Of a DNA stretch of 64,000 nucleotides, positions 19,417-27,870 are shown piece by piece. The stretch is from an uncultured Gammaproteobacteria bacterium. GTDB lineage: Bacteria; Pseudomonadota; Gammaproteobacteria; Steroidobacterales; MnTg04. Under the pieces are notes generated by a model, which saw only the letters and a list, made by a program, of their open reading frames with translations, did not search any database and was not told the DNA's origin. Position numbers and translations under genes: made by a program. The stretch spans positions 7,385 to 71,384 of the forward strand of contig CAZMOM010000015.1 in NCBI GenBank assembly GCA_964568075.1, given 5' to 3'. Within the stretch, counting starts at the first letter, position 1; each line of letters opens with the position of its first letter.

Positions 19417-20622
19417 ATGACCGACGCATTCATTTGCGATGCAGTAAGAACACCGATCGGCCGCTATGGCGGATCGCTGGCCAAAATTCGTGCCGATGAC
19501 CTCGCCGCAAAACCGATGACTGAGATCGTAAACCGGAACAAGGGTCTCGATCCGAAGTCGATCGACGATCTCTATTACGGTTGCGCCAACCAGGCCGGGG
19601 AAGACAATCGTAATGTCGCGCGCATGGCAGGCCTGCTCGCCGGATTGCCGGTGGATGTTCCCGCCTGCACGGTCAATCGCCTGTGTGGTTCAGGCATGGA
19701 GGCGATCGGTCTGGGCGCTCGCGCAATCAGGATCGGTGAAGCATCACTGGTGATGGCCGGCGGCGTGGAGTCGATGTCGCGTGCGCCGATGGTTATCGCG
19801 AAACAGGAAACCGCGTTCGGTCGGAAAGCCGAGATGTTCGATACGACGATGGGATGGCGGTTCATTAACCCATTACTTAAAGAGCGATATGGCGTTGAAT
19901 CGATGCCGGAAACCGGAGAAAACGTCGCCGAGCAATACAATATCAACCGCGAGGAACAGGATGCATTTGCGTTCGCCAGCCAGCAGCGTGTGACAAATGC
20001 ACAGGCGAAAGGGTTTTTCGCACACGAGATTATTCCGGTCAGCATTCCACAACGTCGTGGAGACCCGCTGATCGTCGATGCGGACGAACATCCCAGGGCC
20101 GATACGAGCCTGCAAAAACTGGCCGCGCTGCCGACGCCTTTTCGCAAAAACGGCACCGTGACCGCGGGCAATGCTTCCGGTATCAACGACGGCGCCTGTG
20201 CGCTTCTAATCGCCTCCGCCGATGCGGCGAAAAGCCATGGACTCAAACCGCTCGCACGGGTTGTCGCCATGGCGGTGGCCGGAGTGGAACCACGAATAAT
20301 GGGTATCGGCCCGGTACCGGCAACCCGGAAATTACTGGCGATGACCGGTCTTGAGCTTGCGCAGATGGATGTGATCGAAATCAATGAAGCGTTCGCGTCA
20401 CAGTCTCTTGCAGTCATGCGAGAACTTGGACTGGACGACGATGCGAAACAGGTAAACCCGAACGGTGGCGCGATCGCATTGGGTCACCCACTCGGCATGA
20501 CCGGCGCGCGGCTGGTGACGACGGCTGCGTATCAATTGCGCGAAACCGGCGGCCGCTACGCTTTGTGCACGATGTGTATCGGTGTCGGTCAGGGAATCGC
20601 GATGATCATCGAGCGCGTCTAG
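19417..20622 (+). CDS. paaJ: 3-oxoadipyl-CoA / 3-oxo-5,6-dehydrosuberyl-CoA thiolase
   Basis: Thiolase signatures (..VNRLCGSGMEA.., ..NPNGGAIALGHPLGMTGARL.., ..CIGVGQGIAM..). Starts 3 nt after the upstream gene. Confidence 0.9.
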   Translation: MTDAFICDAVRTPIGRYGGSLAKIRADDLAAKPMTEIVNRNKGLDPKSIDDLYYGCANQAGEDNRNVARMAGLLAGLPVDVPACTVNRLCGSGMEAIGLGARAIRIGEASLVMAGGVESMSRAPMVIAKQETAFGRKAEMFDTTMGWRFINPLLKERYGVESMPETGENVAEQYNINREEQDAFAFASQQRVTNAQAKGFFAHEIIPVSIPQRRGDPLIVDADEHPRADTSLQKLAALPTPFRKNGTVTAGNASGINDGACALLIASADAAKSHGLKPLARVVAMAVAGVEPRIMGIGPVPATRKLLAMTGLELAQMDVIEINEAFASQSLAVMRELGLDDDAKQVNPNGGAIALGHPLGMTGARLVTTAAYQLRETGGRYALCTMCIGVGQGIAMIIERV

Positions 20623-20628
20623 CAGGCT

Positions 20629-20704
20629 GTTGAAAAATCCTCAGCCAGCACTATACGGCGTTAAGAATCGGCGAGACGCCGCACTCGCCTGAGACTTTTT
20701 CAAC
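20629..20704. terminator. long imperfect inverted repeat between convergent paaJ and crotonase genes (probable bidirectional terminator)
   Basis: GTTGAAAAATCCTCAG (20629-20644) pairs with CTGAGACTTTTTCAAC (20689-20704), 14 of 16 positions complementary, with an inner CGGCGT/ACGCCG stem. Confidence 0.5.
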
Positions 20705-20722
20705 ACGTTGCTGGACCAATCT

Positions 20723-21538
20723 TCATAATGACGATTTCTTGTTGAAATCCGGCGGACGTTTTTCTTTTAACGAAGCCAGGCCCTCCCGTATATCGGGTTG
20801 CCTGAATCCCATAAACTCCAGCGCCAGCGACGTGTCGAAATTTGGCCCTGCCATGCGCAGCCAGTTGTTCAACGCATACTTGGTCCAGCGTATCGCGCTC
20901 GGGCTGCCATTTGATAACTCGATGGCCGTTGCCAGCGCCGTGGCATAAAGAGCGTCATTTTCGACGCACAAAGACACCAGCCCGATTCGCTCGGCTTCTT
21001 CGCCATCGATCGGTTTGTTGGTCAGCAAATAATATTTCGCCTTGGCGAGTCCGCACAGCAGCGGCCAGATAATCGCCGCGTGATCCCCTGCCGCCACACC
21101 GAGCCTCACATGTCCATCCAGGATCCGGGCATTTTTCGCCGCGATCGAAATATCGGCGAGCAGGCCCACCGCAAGACCGGCGCCGACTGCCGGACCGTGT
21201 ATCGCCGAAACGATCGGCCTGGAGCAATTGATCAGGTTATAAACAAGGTCACGCGCCTCTTTCCACAGACGCGCCAGCGTATCGTCGTCCTCGATCATCG
21301 ATTCGACCAACTCATAATCACCGCCCGCAGAAAATCCTTTTCCGCTGCCCTTGACCAGCACCACGCTGACCGATTCATCAAGATCGATCGTGCGCCAGAC
21401 ATAGGCCAGATCGTGGTGCATGCTCGCATCGGCGGCATTGAGTTTGCCAGGCGCCTCCAGCGTAATCTCGAGCACGCGATCGGCCGCTTCCGAAAACTTC
21501 AGCGACGGGAAATTGCTGGCATATTGTTCAATATTCAT
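20723..21538 (-). CDS. enoyl-CoA hydratase/isomerase family protein
   Basis: 271-aa crotonase fold (..KGFSAGGD.., ..[10 protein letters not shown]..). Confidence 0.85.
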   Translation of the reverse strand: MNIEQYASNFPSLKFSEAADRVLEITLEAPGKLNAADASMHHDLAYVWRTIDLDESVSVVLVKGSGKGFSAGGDYELVESMIEDDDTLARLWKEARDLVYNLINCSRPIVSAIHGPAVGAGLAVGLLADISIAAKNARILDGHVRLGVAAGDHAAIIWPLLCGLAKAKYYLLTNKPIDGEEAERIGLVSLCVENDALYATALATAIELSNGSPSAIRWTKYALNNWLRMAGPNFDTSLALEFMGFRQPDIREGLASLKEKRPPDFNKKSSL

Positions 21539-21584
21539 TCGCTGCGCTCCACGCAGATTATTCTTGCGACCATCGCCTGTCCGC

Positions 21585-22931
21585 TTACATTACGCCATAG
21601 GCGAGAATCGCATCGGCGACTTTGACAAAACCGGCAATATTCGCACCACGAATATAATTGACCTGGCCATTGTCCTGACCATGCTCGACACAGCGGTCAT
21701 GAATACTCCCCATAATGGTTCGCAGGCGGCTATTGAGCTCATCCCTGGACCACGACAGGCGCAAACTGTTTTGCGTCATTTCCAGCCCGGAACAGGCGAC
21801 GCCGCCGGCGTTGGCCGCCTTGCTGGGGGCGAACAGGACCGATCCCTTCTTGAACACTTCGACGCCTTCGCGGTCGGTCGGCATATTCGCGCCCTCCGCG
21901 ACCGCGATGCAGCCGTTTTTCACCAATGCCCTGGCATCATCACCGTTGATCTCGTTCTGCGTCGCAGACGGAAACGCGAGCTCGGCGGGAACACTCCATG
22001 TCCTTTGTCCGGTATGAAACTCGAGTCCATACTCTTCAGCATACTCTGCCAGCGAGCCACGTCGCTTGCTCTTCAGTTCCTTGATGTACGCCAGTCGCTC
22101 GCCGCTGATTCCCGCCGGATCGTGGACGAAACCACCGGAGTCGGACATCGTCACTACCTTGGCACCGAGTTCGCCCAGTTTTTCAGTAGTGTATTGCGCA
22201 ACGTTACCCGCTCCCGAAACCACAGCAACCATGCCGTCTATGGCGCGTCCATGATGTTTAAGCATGTCTTCCATCATGTAAACACAACCATAACCGGTCG
22301 CCTCGACCCGAATCTGACTGCCGCCGTAAGCCAGCCCCTTGCCGGTCAGGGTCCCGGTAAACTGGTTCATCAAACGCTTGTACTGGCCGAAAAGATAGCT
22401 GATCTCTCGCGCCCCAACCCCGATGTCTCCCGCGGGGATGTCTGTATGTGGCCCGATATGTCGGTAAAGCTCGGACATCAGCGCATGGCAGAAGCGCATG
22501 ATCTCACGATCTGACTTACCCTTGGGATTGAAGTCGGAGCCGCCCTTGCCGCCGCCCATGGGCAGACCGGTCAGGCTGTTCTTGAATGTTTGTTCAAATG
22601 CCAGAAATTTCAAAACGCTCAACGAAACGTCCTTGTGGAATCTCAGGCCTCCCTTATACGGGCCAATGGCATTGCTCCACTGAACACGATACCCGCGGTT
22701 GATCTGGATGTGACCGTCATCATCCTCCCAGCCAATACGAAAAATAATGACCCGGTCCGGCTCGGTCAGACGCTCGAGGATCCTTGCTTGCTGATATTCT
22801 GGTCTCGTTTCAAGGAATGGGACAATGCTCTCAGCGACTTCGCGAACCGCTTGCTGGAACTCCCGCTCTCCCGGGTTTCGCCGCGCGACGTCTTCCATGA
22901 ACCGGTCGATTTTTCGGCTTTTCTTCGTCAT
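21585..22931 (-). CDS. gdhA: NADP-specific glutamate dehydrogenase
   Basis: 448 aa with classic GdhA motifs (..[18 protein letters not shown].., ..[10 protein letters not shown]..). Confidence 0.95.
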   Translation of the reverse strand: MTKKSRKIDRFMEDVARRNPGEREFQQAVREVAESIVPFLETRPEYQQARILERLTEPDRVIIFRIGWEDDDGHIQINRGYRVQWSNAIGPYKGGLRFHKDVSLSVLKFLAFEQTFKNSLTGLPMGGGKGGSDFNPKGKSDREIMRFCHALMSELYRHIGPHTDIPAGDIGVGAREISYLFGQYKRLMNQFTGTLTGKGLAYGGSQIRVEATGYGCVYMMEDMLKHHGRAIDGMVAVVSGAGNVAQYTTEKLGELGAKVVTMSDSGGFVHDPAGISGERLAYIKELKSKRRGSLAEYAEEYGLEFHTGQRTWSVPAELAFPSATQNEINGDDARALVKNGCIAVAEGANMPTDREGVEVFKKGSVLFAPSKAANAGGVACSGLEMTQNSLRLSWSRDELNSRLRTIMGSIHDRCVEHGQDNGQVNYIRGANIAGFVKVADAILAYGVM

Positions 22932-23197
22932 TTTCAGACTCCTCTGCTGTCATAATCTGGCCGTCTTAAGCCGGTATATCATGGCCAAATCGCTGCGTGC
23001 TCCTGAAATCTGCGCACAAGGGTACGAAAATGATCCCCGGGTAGCCAGACCGGAACAGAAATAAACGCCTGCCCCGGCTCAGCGCGTTCCTGGGTCCGAT
23101 CTGACCCTGGCCGCCGAGGCGACGCTACCCGGATTCAGCTTCGGTTCAGCTAGCAGGGGTTAATGTTGGGCTACGATAGAAGTTACGGGAGATTCAC

Positions 23198-24871
23198 ATG
23201 TTCAAGTCATTAAGAAATAACCGCTTACTGCCGCTGGCAGCGATATCGGCGGTCTTATGTCTAATGTTACTGACATCCGCTCCCGCAGGCGCCCAGCCCG
23301 TGGAAAGCGATGAGCCTGACCACGTGGTCCTCAACGATGCGGGCGACGAAGTGGCGCCAGGCATGGGCCTTGGACTGGAGGACCCCTTTACGGCTGAGGA
23401 GCTGACCAACCTGGTCGCTCCGGTCGCCCTTTACCCGGACGATCTGCTGGCGATCGTGCTGCCGGCATCCACCTATCCGCTGCAAATAGTGCAGGCCGCA
23501 CGATTCCTCGATGAATTCGAAAACGACAGTTCGCTGAAGCCCGACGAAGACTGGGACGAATCGGTGATTGCCCTGCTCAACTATCCTGAAGTCATCGATT
23601 TATTGAACAGCGATCTGGAATGGACCTGGCAGCTCGGCGAGGCCGTGATTAACCAGGAAACGGAAGTTATCGAGGCCGTCGAAGCGTTTCGCGATCGTGC
23701 GATGCTCGCCGGTAATCTGAAAACCGACGAACACCAGATCGTCAGCGAGGAGGACGGAACCATAGAAATCACTCCTGCGGAGGCGGAAGTGATCTATGTT
23801 CCTTATTACGAACCGGAACGAGTGGTCGTATATCAGCCGTATCCGGTCTACCACTACTATCCCAGGCCTTACCCGCTCTATTACTACCCGTATCCGGTCG
23901 GCTATCACTTTAGCTCCGGTTTCTTCTGGGGAATTACCACCGCCTTTACGATCGGCTGGCATTCGCATCACCTGAATGTGCACTTCTGGGATTACTACAG
24001 CCATCCGTACTACGGGCACACCTACTATCGCAGTCATCATTACTATCACTGGCCGTCGCGTCACTACGGTGGACACCGGTATGCAGGGGACCCACGGCAC
24101 GATGGCGATCATTGGCGACCGAACCGCCGGCATGGCGCCAGGCCCGATCACCGGAGCCCGAGGTTTGACCGCGGTGGCAATGATTTCGTCGCGACATCCG
24201 GTGGCTCGAGAATCGGACGGCCAGGCACGTTCAAACCGCGTCCCGGATTTCGCGGAAAGATCATCAACGCCGTCAATACTCGTTACGAAGGCGCAGACTT
24301 CAGGACGAACGTCAGACCCGCCGTACGGACGACCCGAGACGCCAGGAGACCTGCTCGGCGCGATGCGGTCTGGAAATACAATGCGACACCGAAATCGGAT
24401 TTTGTTCCGCGAAACAGTCGGTCGTCTGGCAAAGTCAGGCGCAGCCGCCCGGACCGGGACCAGGTGACGCGTGACAGTAGCCGCGAGCCGGTCGTTCAGA
24501 ACAGGTCACGCGGCAACCGCGTAAGCCGATCGGCCGTGCCGACAAATCAAGGCCGGCCTGTGAACCGGTCCGACCGCAGATACACAGTGCGGACCAGTCG
24601 GCCGGACTCTGTGGCGAGCGATCGGTCGCGCGGCAGACGTGCCGATGCCGGGGCAAATTCTAGCGGTCGTGTGGCAAGACCCTCACCGCCGCCAAGGCAG
24701 GCCAGGCCCGCCAGCCGGCCGTCCCAAAGCCGGGCGCCGGAAAGCAGGCCCTCGCCTGCTGCAAGCAGGCCCACGCCGCCGCCGCGATCTGAGAGGGGGC
24801 GGAGCGAGAAACACGCCGACCAGAAGGGAACGCGACGCAACGACCGGGGACGAAGCCGCGCGAGAAATTAG
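23198..24871 (+). CDS. DUF3300-family secreted protein with Tyr/His/Pro-rich core and Arg/Ser/Pro-rich tail
   Basis: Signal peptide; DUF3300-like ..LVAPVALYPDDLLAIVLPASTYPLQIVQAARF..; then low-complexity regions. Confidence 0.8.
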   Translation: MFKSLRNNRLLPLAAISAVLCLMLLTSAPAGAQPVESDEPDHVVLNDAGDEVAPGMGLGLEDPFTAEELTNLVAPVALYPDDLLAIVLPASTYPLQIVQAARFLDEFENDSSLKPDEDWDESVIALLNYPEVIDLLNSDLEWTWQLGEAVINQETEVIEAVEAFRDRAMLAGNLKTDEHQIVSEEDGTIEITPAEAEVIYVPYYEPERVVVYQPYPVYHYYPRPYPLYYYPYPVGYHFSSGFFWGITTAFTIGWHSHHLNVHFWDYYSHPYYGHTYYRSHHYYHWPSRHYGGHRYAGDPRHDGDHWRPNRRHGARPDHRSPRFDRGGNDFVATSGGSRIGRPGTFKPRPGFRGKIINAVNTRYEGADFRTNVRPAVRTTRDARRPARRDAVWKYNATPKSDFVPRNSRSSGKVRRSRPDRDQVTRDSSREPVVQNRSRGNRVSRSAVPTNQGRPVNRSDRRYTVRTSRPDSVASDRSRGRRADAGANSSGRVARPSPPPRQARPASRPSQSRAPESRPSPAASRPTPPPRSERGRSEKHADQKGTRRNDRGRSRARN

Positions 24872-24909
24872 CTGGCAGGGAAGGAAACGCCGCGACGGAT
24901 TGCGGCAAT

Positions 24910-24935
24910 AAAAAGGCCCCTGACGGGGCCTTTTT
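24910..24935. terminator. bidirectional rho-independent terminator
   Basis: AAAAA-GGCCCC-TGAC-GGGGCC-TTTTT, a perfect 6-bp GC stem flanked by an A-run and a T-run, between convergent genes ending at 24871 (+) and 24998 (-). Confidence 0.85.
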
Positions 24936-24997
24936 GTTTGGTGGCCCGGGGCAGATTTTCACTACCTCCGCGCCGCTGTTACGGGTGCGGTCTTTCG

Positions 24998-25420
24998 TCA
25001 GCAGCCGGCGGTACAGCTAGCCAATTCCGCGTCTGCCGTATCCATGCAGCCCTGCAAACTCGATTGATACAGATCCACACACCAGCTTTGTCCACCGCAG
25101 AGTGTGACTCCGGAGTCGAAAGCTGCCTGACATGCCTCGGCGTCGCCGTCGTGACTGGCCTGGCAGTCGGATTCACAGGTCGAAGGCGTCGGGCCCGGGT
25201 CTTCTCCGCCGCCAGACGTATCACCATTCATGCAGCTCTTTTTGGCGTCTTTTGCAGCCACCAGACAGGAAGCCAAAGCGCCACCGTTTAAACTTAAACC
25301 GTGACAACCTTTGACGGCGACCTGGTGCATCGCGTTACACTCGTGCGATCCCGCCTGTGCCGACATCGACAATGTCATCGACAAAGCGAATGCGAATAAA
25401 AGGGAAATAAAGCGTTTCAT
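24998..25420 (-). CDS. secreted 12-cysteine miniprotein (predicted disulfide-stapled helical hairpins)
   Basis: ATG at 25420 with GAGG 9 nt upstream. Signal peptide MKRFISLLFAFALSMTLSMSAQA. There are 12 Cys with regular spacing. The upstream part of the 210-aa ORF-track frame is rejected. Confidence 0.65.
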   Translation of the reverse strand: MKRFISLLFAFALSMTLSMSAQAGSHECNAMHQVAVKGCHGLSLNGGALASCLVAAKDAKKSCMNGDTSGGGEDPGPTPSTCESDCQASHDGDAEACQAAFDSGVTLCGGQSWCVDLYQSSLQGCMDTADAELASCTAGC

Positions 25421-25492
25421 AACTTGGCACCTCATAAAAGCTCGATTTGGGATATAAGTATCAGGTTTTCGGTGGGTGTGATTCTGTGAAGA

Positions 25493-25517
25493 AAGTCTCA
25501 ATTCACAGGCCATTCGT
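25493..25517. promoter_or_regulatory. perfect 7-bp inverted repeat CTGTGAA-N11-TTCACAG upstream of the Cys-rich gene (candidate operator)
   Basis: Read directly from the sequence. A third TTCACA half-site lies at 25526-25531. The repeat sits 73-97 bp upstream of the ATG at 25420. Confidence 0.35.
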
Positions 25518-25755
25518 TTCACATAATTCGTTTTGGAGCCAAAAAAGCCGCGCACCGGCAAGATGACGCATTTTTTCGCAATTTTATGTCCCCGGACACC
25601 GGTCGATGCGTGCAATGGACAATCAGACAAAACTGTTAACCACAGACTCGCTACGCGCCTGGATCAGCAGAAAAAAACGGGGCTAAGCCGGAAATCCACA
25701 GGAAATAAGGGCGGAACCTGCCAGGGGCGGCTCCAGAACAATGTCGTCAAACGTC

Positions 25756-27870
25756 TCAGTTTACCGGTGGGCAGGTCCGACCGGCCGGGCAGAACGCCGC
25801 ATCCTTGTCAAATCCCGTTGAATGTGTGTGGCAAGCCGCCGTGCAGGTTTTCCCGTTGTTATGGGTGTTACTCAGGTCATCGTTTTGATGATTACTCGTT
25901 TGCGTATGACAGGTCTCGCACGGGCCATCCATCCAGCCGTCATTATCCTCGTCCGTGTTGGTAAAGGAGTGTGTGTAATCGCTGAGGAAATTAGTGTCGT
26001 TATTATCGGTACCCCTGGATTCGAAAACGACCGGTCGCAGGCTGCCCGTGGACTGAATTGTTCCACCGCTGAGATAAGCCGGCACGCCGGCCAATGAACA
26101 ACCGGGTTGTCCAATGTCGTTGCGGAAAACCGGCGGACAGCGAACGGTAACGATCGGAAGCAGAGAAGACTCAACTTCCCACCGTCCGTTATAGCCATCA
26201 GGACTGGCGCCAAACACGGTAATAATGTCACCGTCGTGAATCCCGGCAGTTGCGACTTGAAACTGATTGATATTGCTGTTGTTGTTGGTCAGAGTGATTT
26301 CAAGAACCGGCGGTGGCCCAACCTCACCACTACCAATATACGTTCCGGGGTCAATATCGACTCCCCGGTAGGTCAGTGTGGTGGCACCGACGCCGTTAAC
26401 GGTAAACACGCCGTTGTAACCTGCCGGATCAATACCGGAAACGGATATAAGGTCATTGATCGCAATCGTGTGAACAACCCCAAAGGTCAGCTCAATCTCA
26501 CCGATGACTTCTGGACCGCCTTTGACATCGGCCCAGGCGGCGTCGGTAACCACAATTGGTGGCGGGTCAGGCGGGGTGACGACCGCCATGCTCTGCACGG
26601 TTTTGACCGAACCGAGGTATTCGACCAGGCCACCAGCCACATTGTTGGTACCTGGATCTGATGCGTCATAGGTAACTTCCGATCTCGTTGGAAGCGCGAT
26701 AGCACCGTTGGTGGTGTACGACCCGGGATCGCTTGGTAGAGAGTAGGAGACATCAAGGCCACTCACGACCGTGACCGTAAAGCGGCCGTTAAAACTTCCC
26801 GGTCCGGCGCTGATGACATCCGATACGACAATCGCATCGCCTCCCTCAAGCAAGTGATTTTCAGCCAGGGTCACGGTTGCAGTGTCTACGGACCAAAAGG
26901 CCGTGGTGATGCCGGTATTGGAAACGGCGGTAATCGTCTTCAGGCCATTAAAAGTGTCTAAATTTGTTTCGGAGACGCCGGTTACGTTGATCGTATCGCC
27001 GACCCGAATCGAAAAGGCATCATGCAGGCTCAACGTCGCGGTGCCGGGGGTGCCAGGCGCCCAGCTTGCGAGCCTGACCTTTGGCCGCTCATGCCAACCG
27101 GTGGATCTGACGAAAGCGAACACACTACTTATATCGGTTGGGTCTGACGATGGCGGCGTGTATGTCGCCGTTATCGGATCCGGATCATCGAAGCACACCC
27201 AACCCGTGGGCGGGTTCGCCTGAAAACCGTTCCAGTCGGTTTCCTTGACCCGGAACTCGCCATCGAACTCGTCATTCGAATTATTGATAATGAGCCGATC
27301 ACCAATCATGATCGACATCAGCGGGCCGTCACCGGCATTAAAGCGAGGCATGGCGATCTGGAGATCGGTGTTGCTATTCGGGCAGGAGGCCGAGGGCCCC
27401 ACACCGATAATTCTTAATGGGGTCGCTACCTTGGCAACACCCGTACCATCCTCGTCGCGCCCAAACAACTTGATGTTGATTCCATCGACCGCGGTGGTCA
27501 CATCGCCGCCAAGGGAGTGCGCATGCGGGGTGCCGCCGTCATAAAGGTGGTTAACCGTATCACCAGGATGTTGCGTATGGCAGACCACGCAACCCATCTC
27601 CCACTTGGGAGTACCGGTGCTGCCGCTGGCCAGGTTGACTGCCGGGTCCACATGCCGGTCGGTAAATTTGGCGGTGCCGGCAGGACCGTGACAGGAATCG
27701 CAAATCAGGTCGAATTCTGCGTTGGTATTCAATGTGCCGCCGGGCGAATTGTGGAGACTGTGACAAAAAACGCAATCCATGGTTTGCCCCAGGCTACTTC
27801 TCGGCACGAAGACAAGCACGACGGCAGCAAGGGCCAAAAGCAGAATATATACAGTGAGCCGCAGTTTCAT
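25756..27870 (-). CDS. secreted multihaem c-type cytochrome with five internal beta-module repeats
   Basis: Signal peptide; CxxCH at aa 33-37, 57-61, 94-98 and 651-655, plus CxxxCH at aa 676-681. Five GD-x-I-x-V...[FY][ND]G repeats lie between aa ~185 and 570. The start overlaps the NHL gene stop (ATGA). Confidence 0.85.
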   Translation of the reverse strand: MKLRLTVYILLLALAAVVLVFVPRSSLGQTMDCVFCHSLHNSPGGTLNTNAEFDLICDSCHGPAGTAKFTDRHVDPAVNLASGSTGTPKWEMGCVVCHTQHPGDTVNHLYDGGTPHAHSLGGDVTTAVDGINIKLFGRDEDGTGVAKVATPLRIIGVGPSASCPNSNTDLQIAMPRFNAGDGPLMSIMIGDRLIINNSNDEFDGEFRVKETDWNGFQANPPTGWVCFDDPDPITATYTPPSSDPTDISSVFAFVRSTGWHERPKVRLASWAPGTPGTATLSLHDAFSIRVGDTINVTGVSETNLDTFNGLKTITAVSNTGITTAFWSVDTATVTLAENHLLEGGDAIVVSDVISAGPGSFNGRFTVTVVSGLDVSYSLPSDPGSYTTNGAIALPTRSEVTYDASDPGTNNVAGGLVEYLGSVKTVQSMAVVTPPDPPPIVVTDAAWADVKGGPEVIGEIELTFGVVHTIAINDLISVSGIDPAGYNGVFTVNGVGATTLTYRGVDIDPGTYIGSGEVGPPPVLEITLTNNNSNINQFQVATAGIHDGDIITVFGASPDGYNGRWEVESSLLPIVTVRCPPVFRNDIGQPGCSLAGVPAYLSGGTIQSTGSLRPVVFESRGTDNNDTNFLSDYTHSFTNTDEDNDGWMDGPCETCHTQTSNHQNDDLSNTHNNGKTCTAACHTHSTGFDKDAAFCPAGRTCPPVN

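Noticed and set aside
21420-22514. 364-aa ORF on the plus strand
   Set aside because: It is antisense to gdhA, which is unambiguous.
25493-25517. Possible CRP/cAMP binding site (TGTGA...TCACA)
   Set aside because: The half-sites are separated by 13 nt rather than the canonical 6. It is kept only as a generic operator candidate, not as a CRP site.
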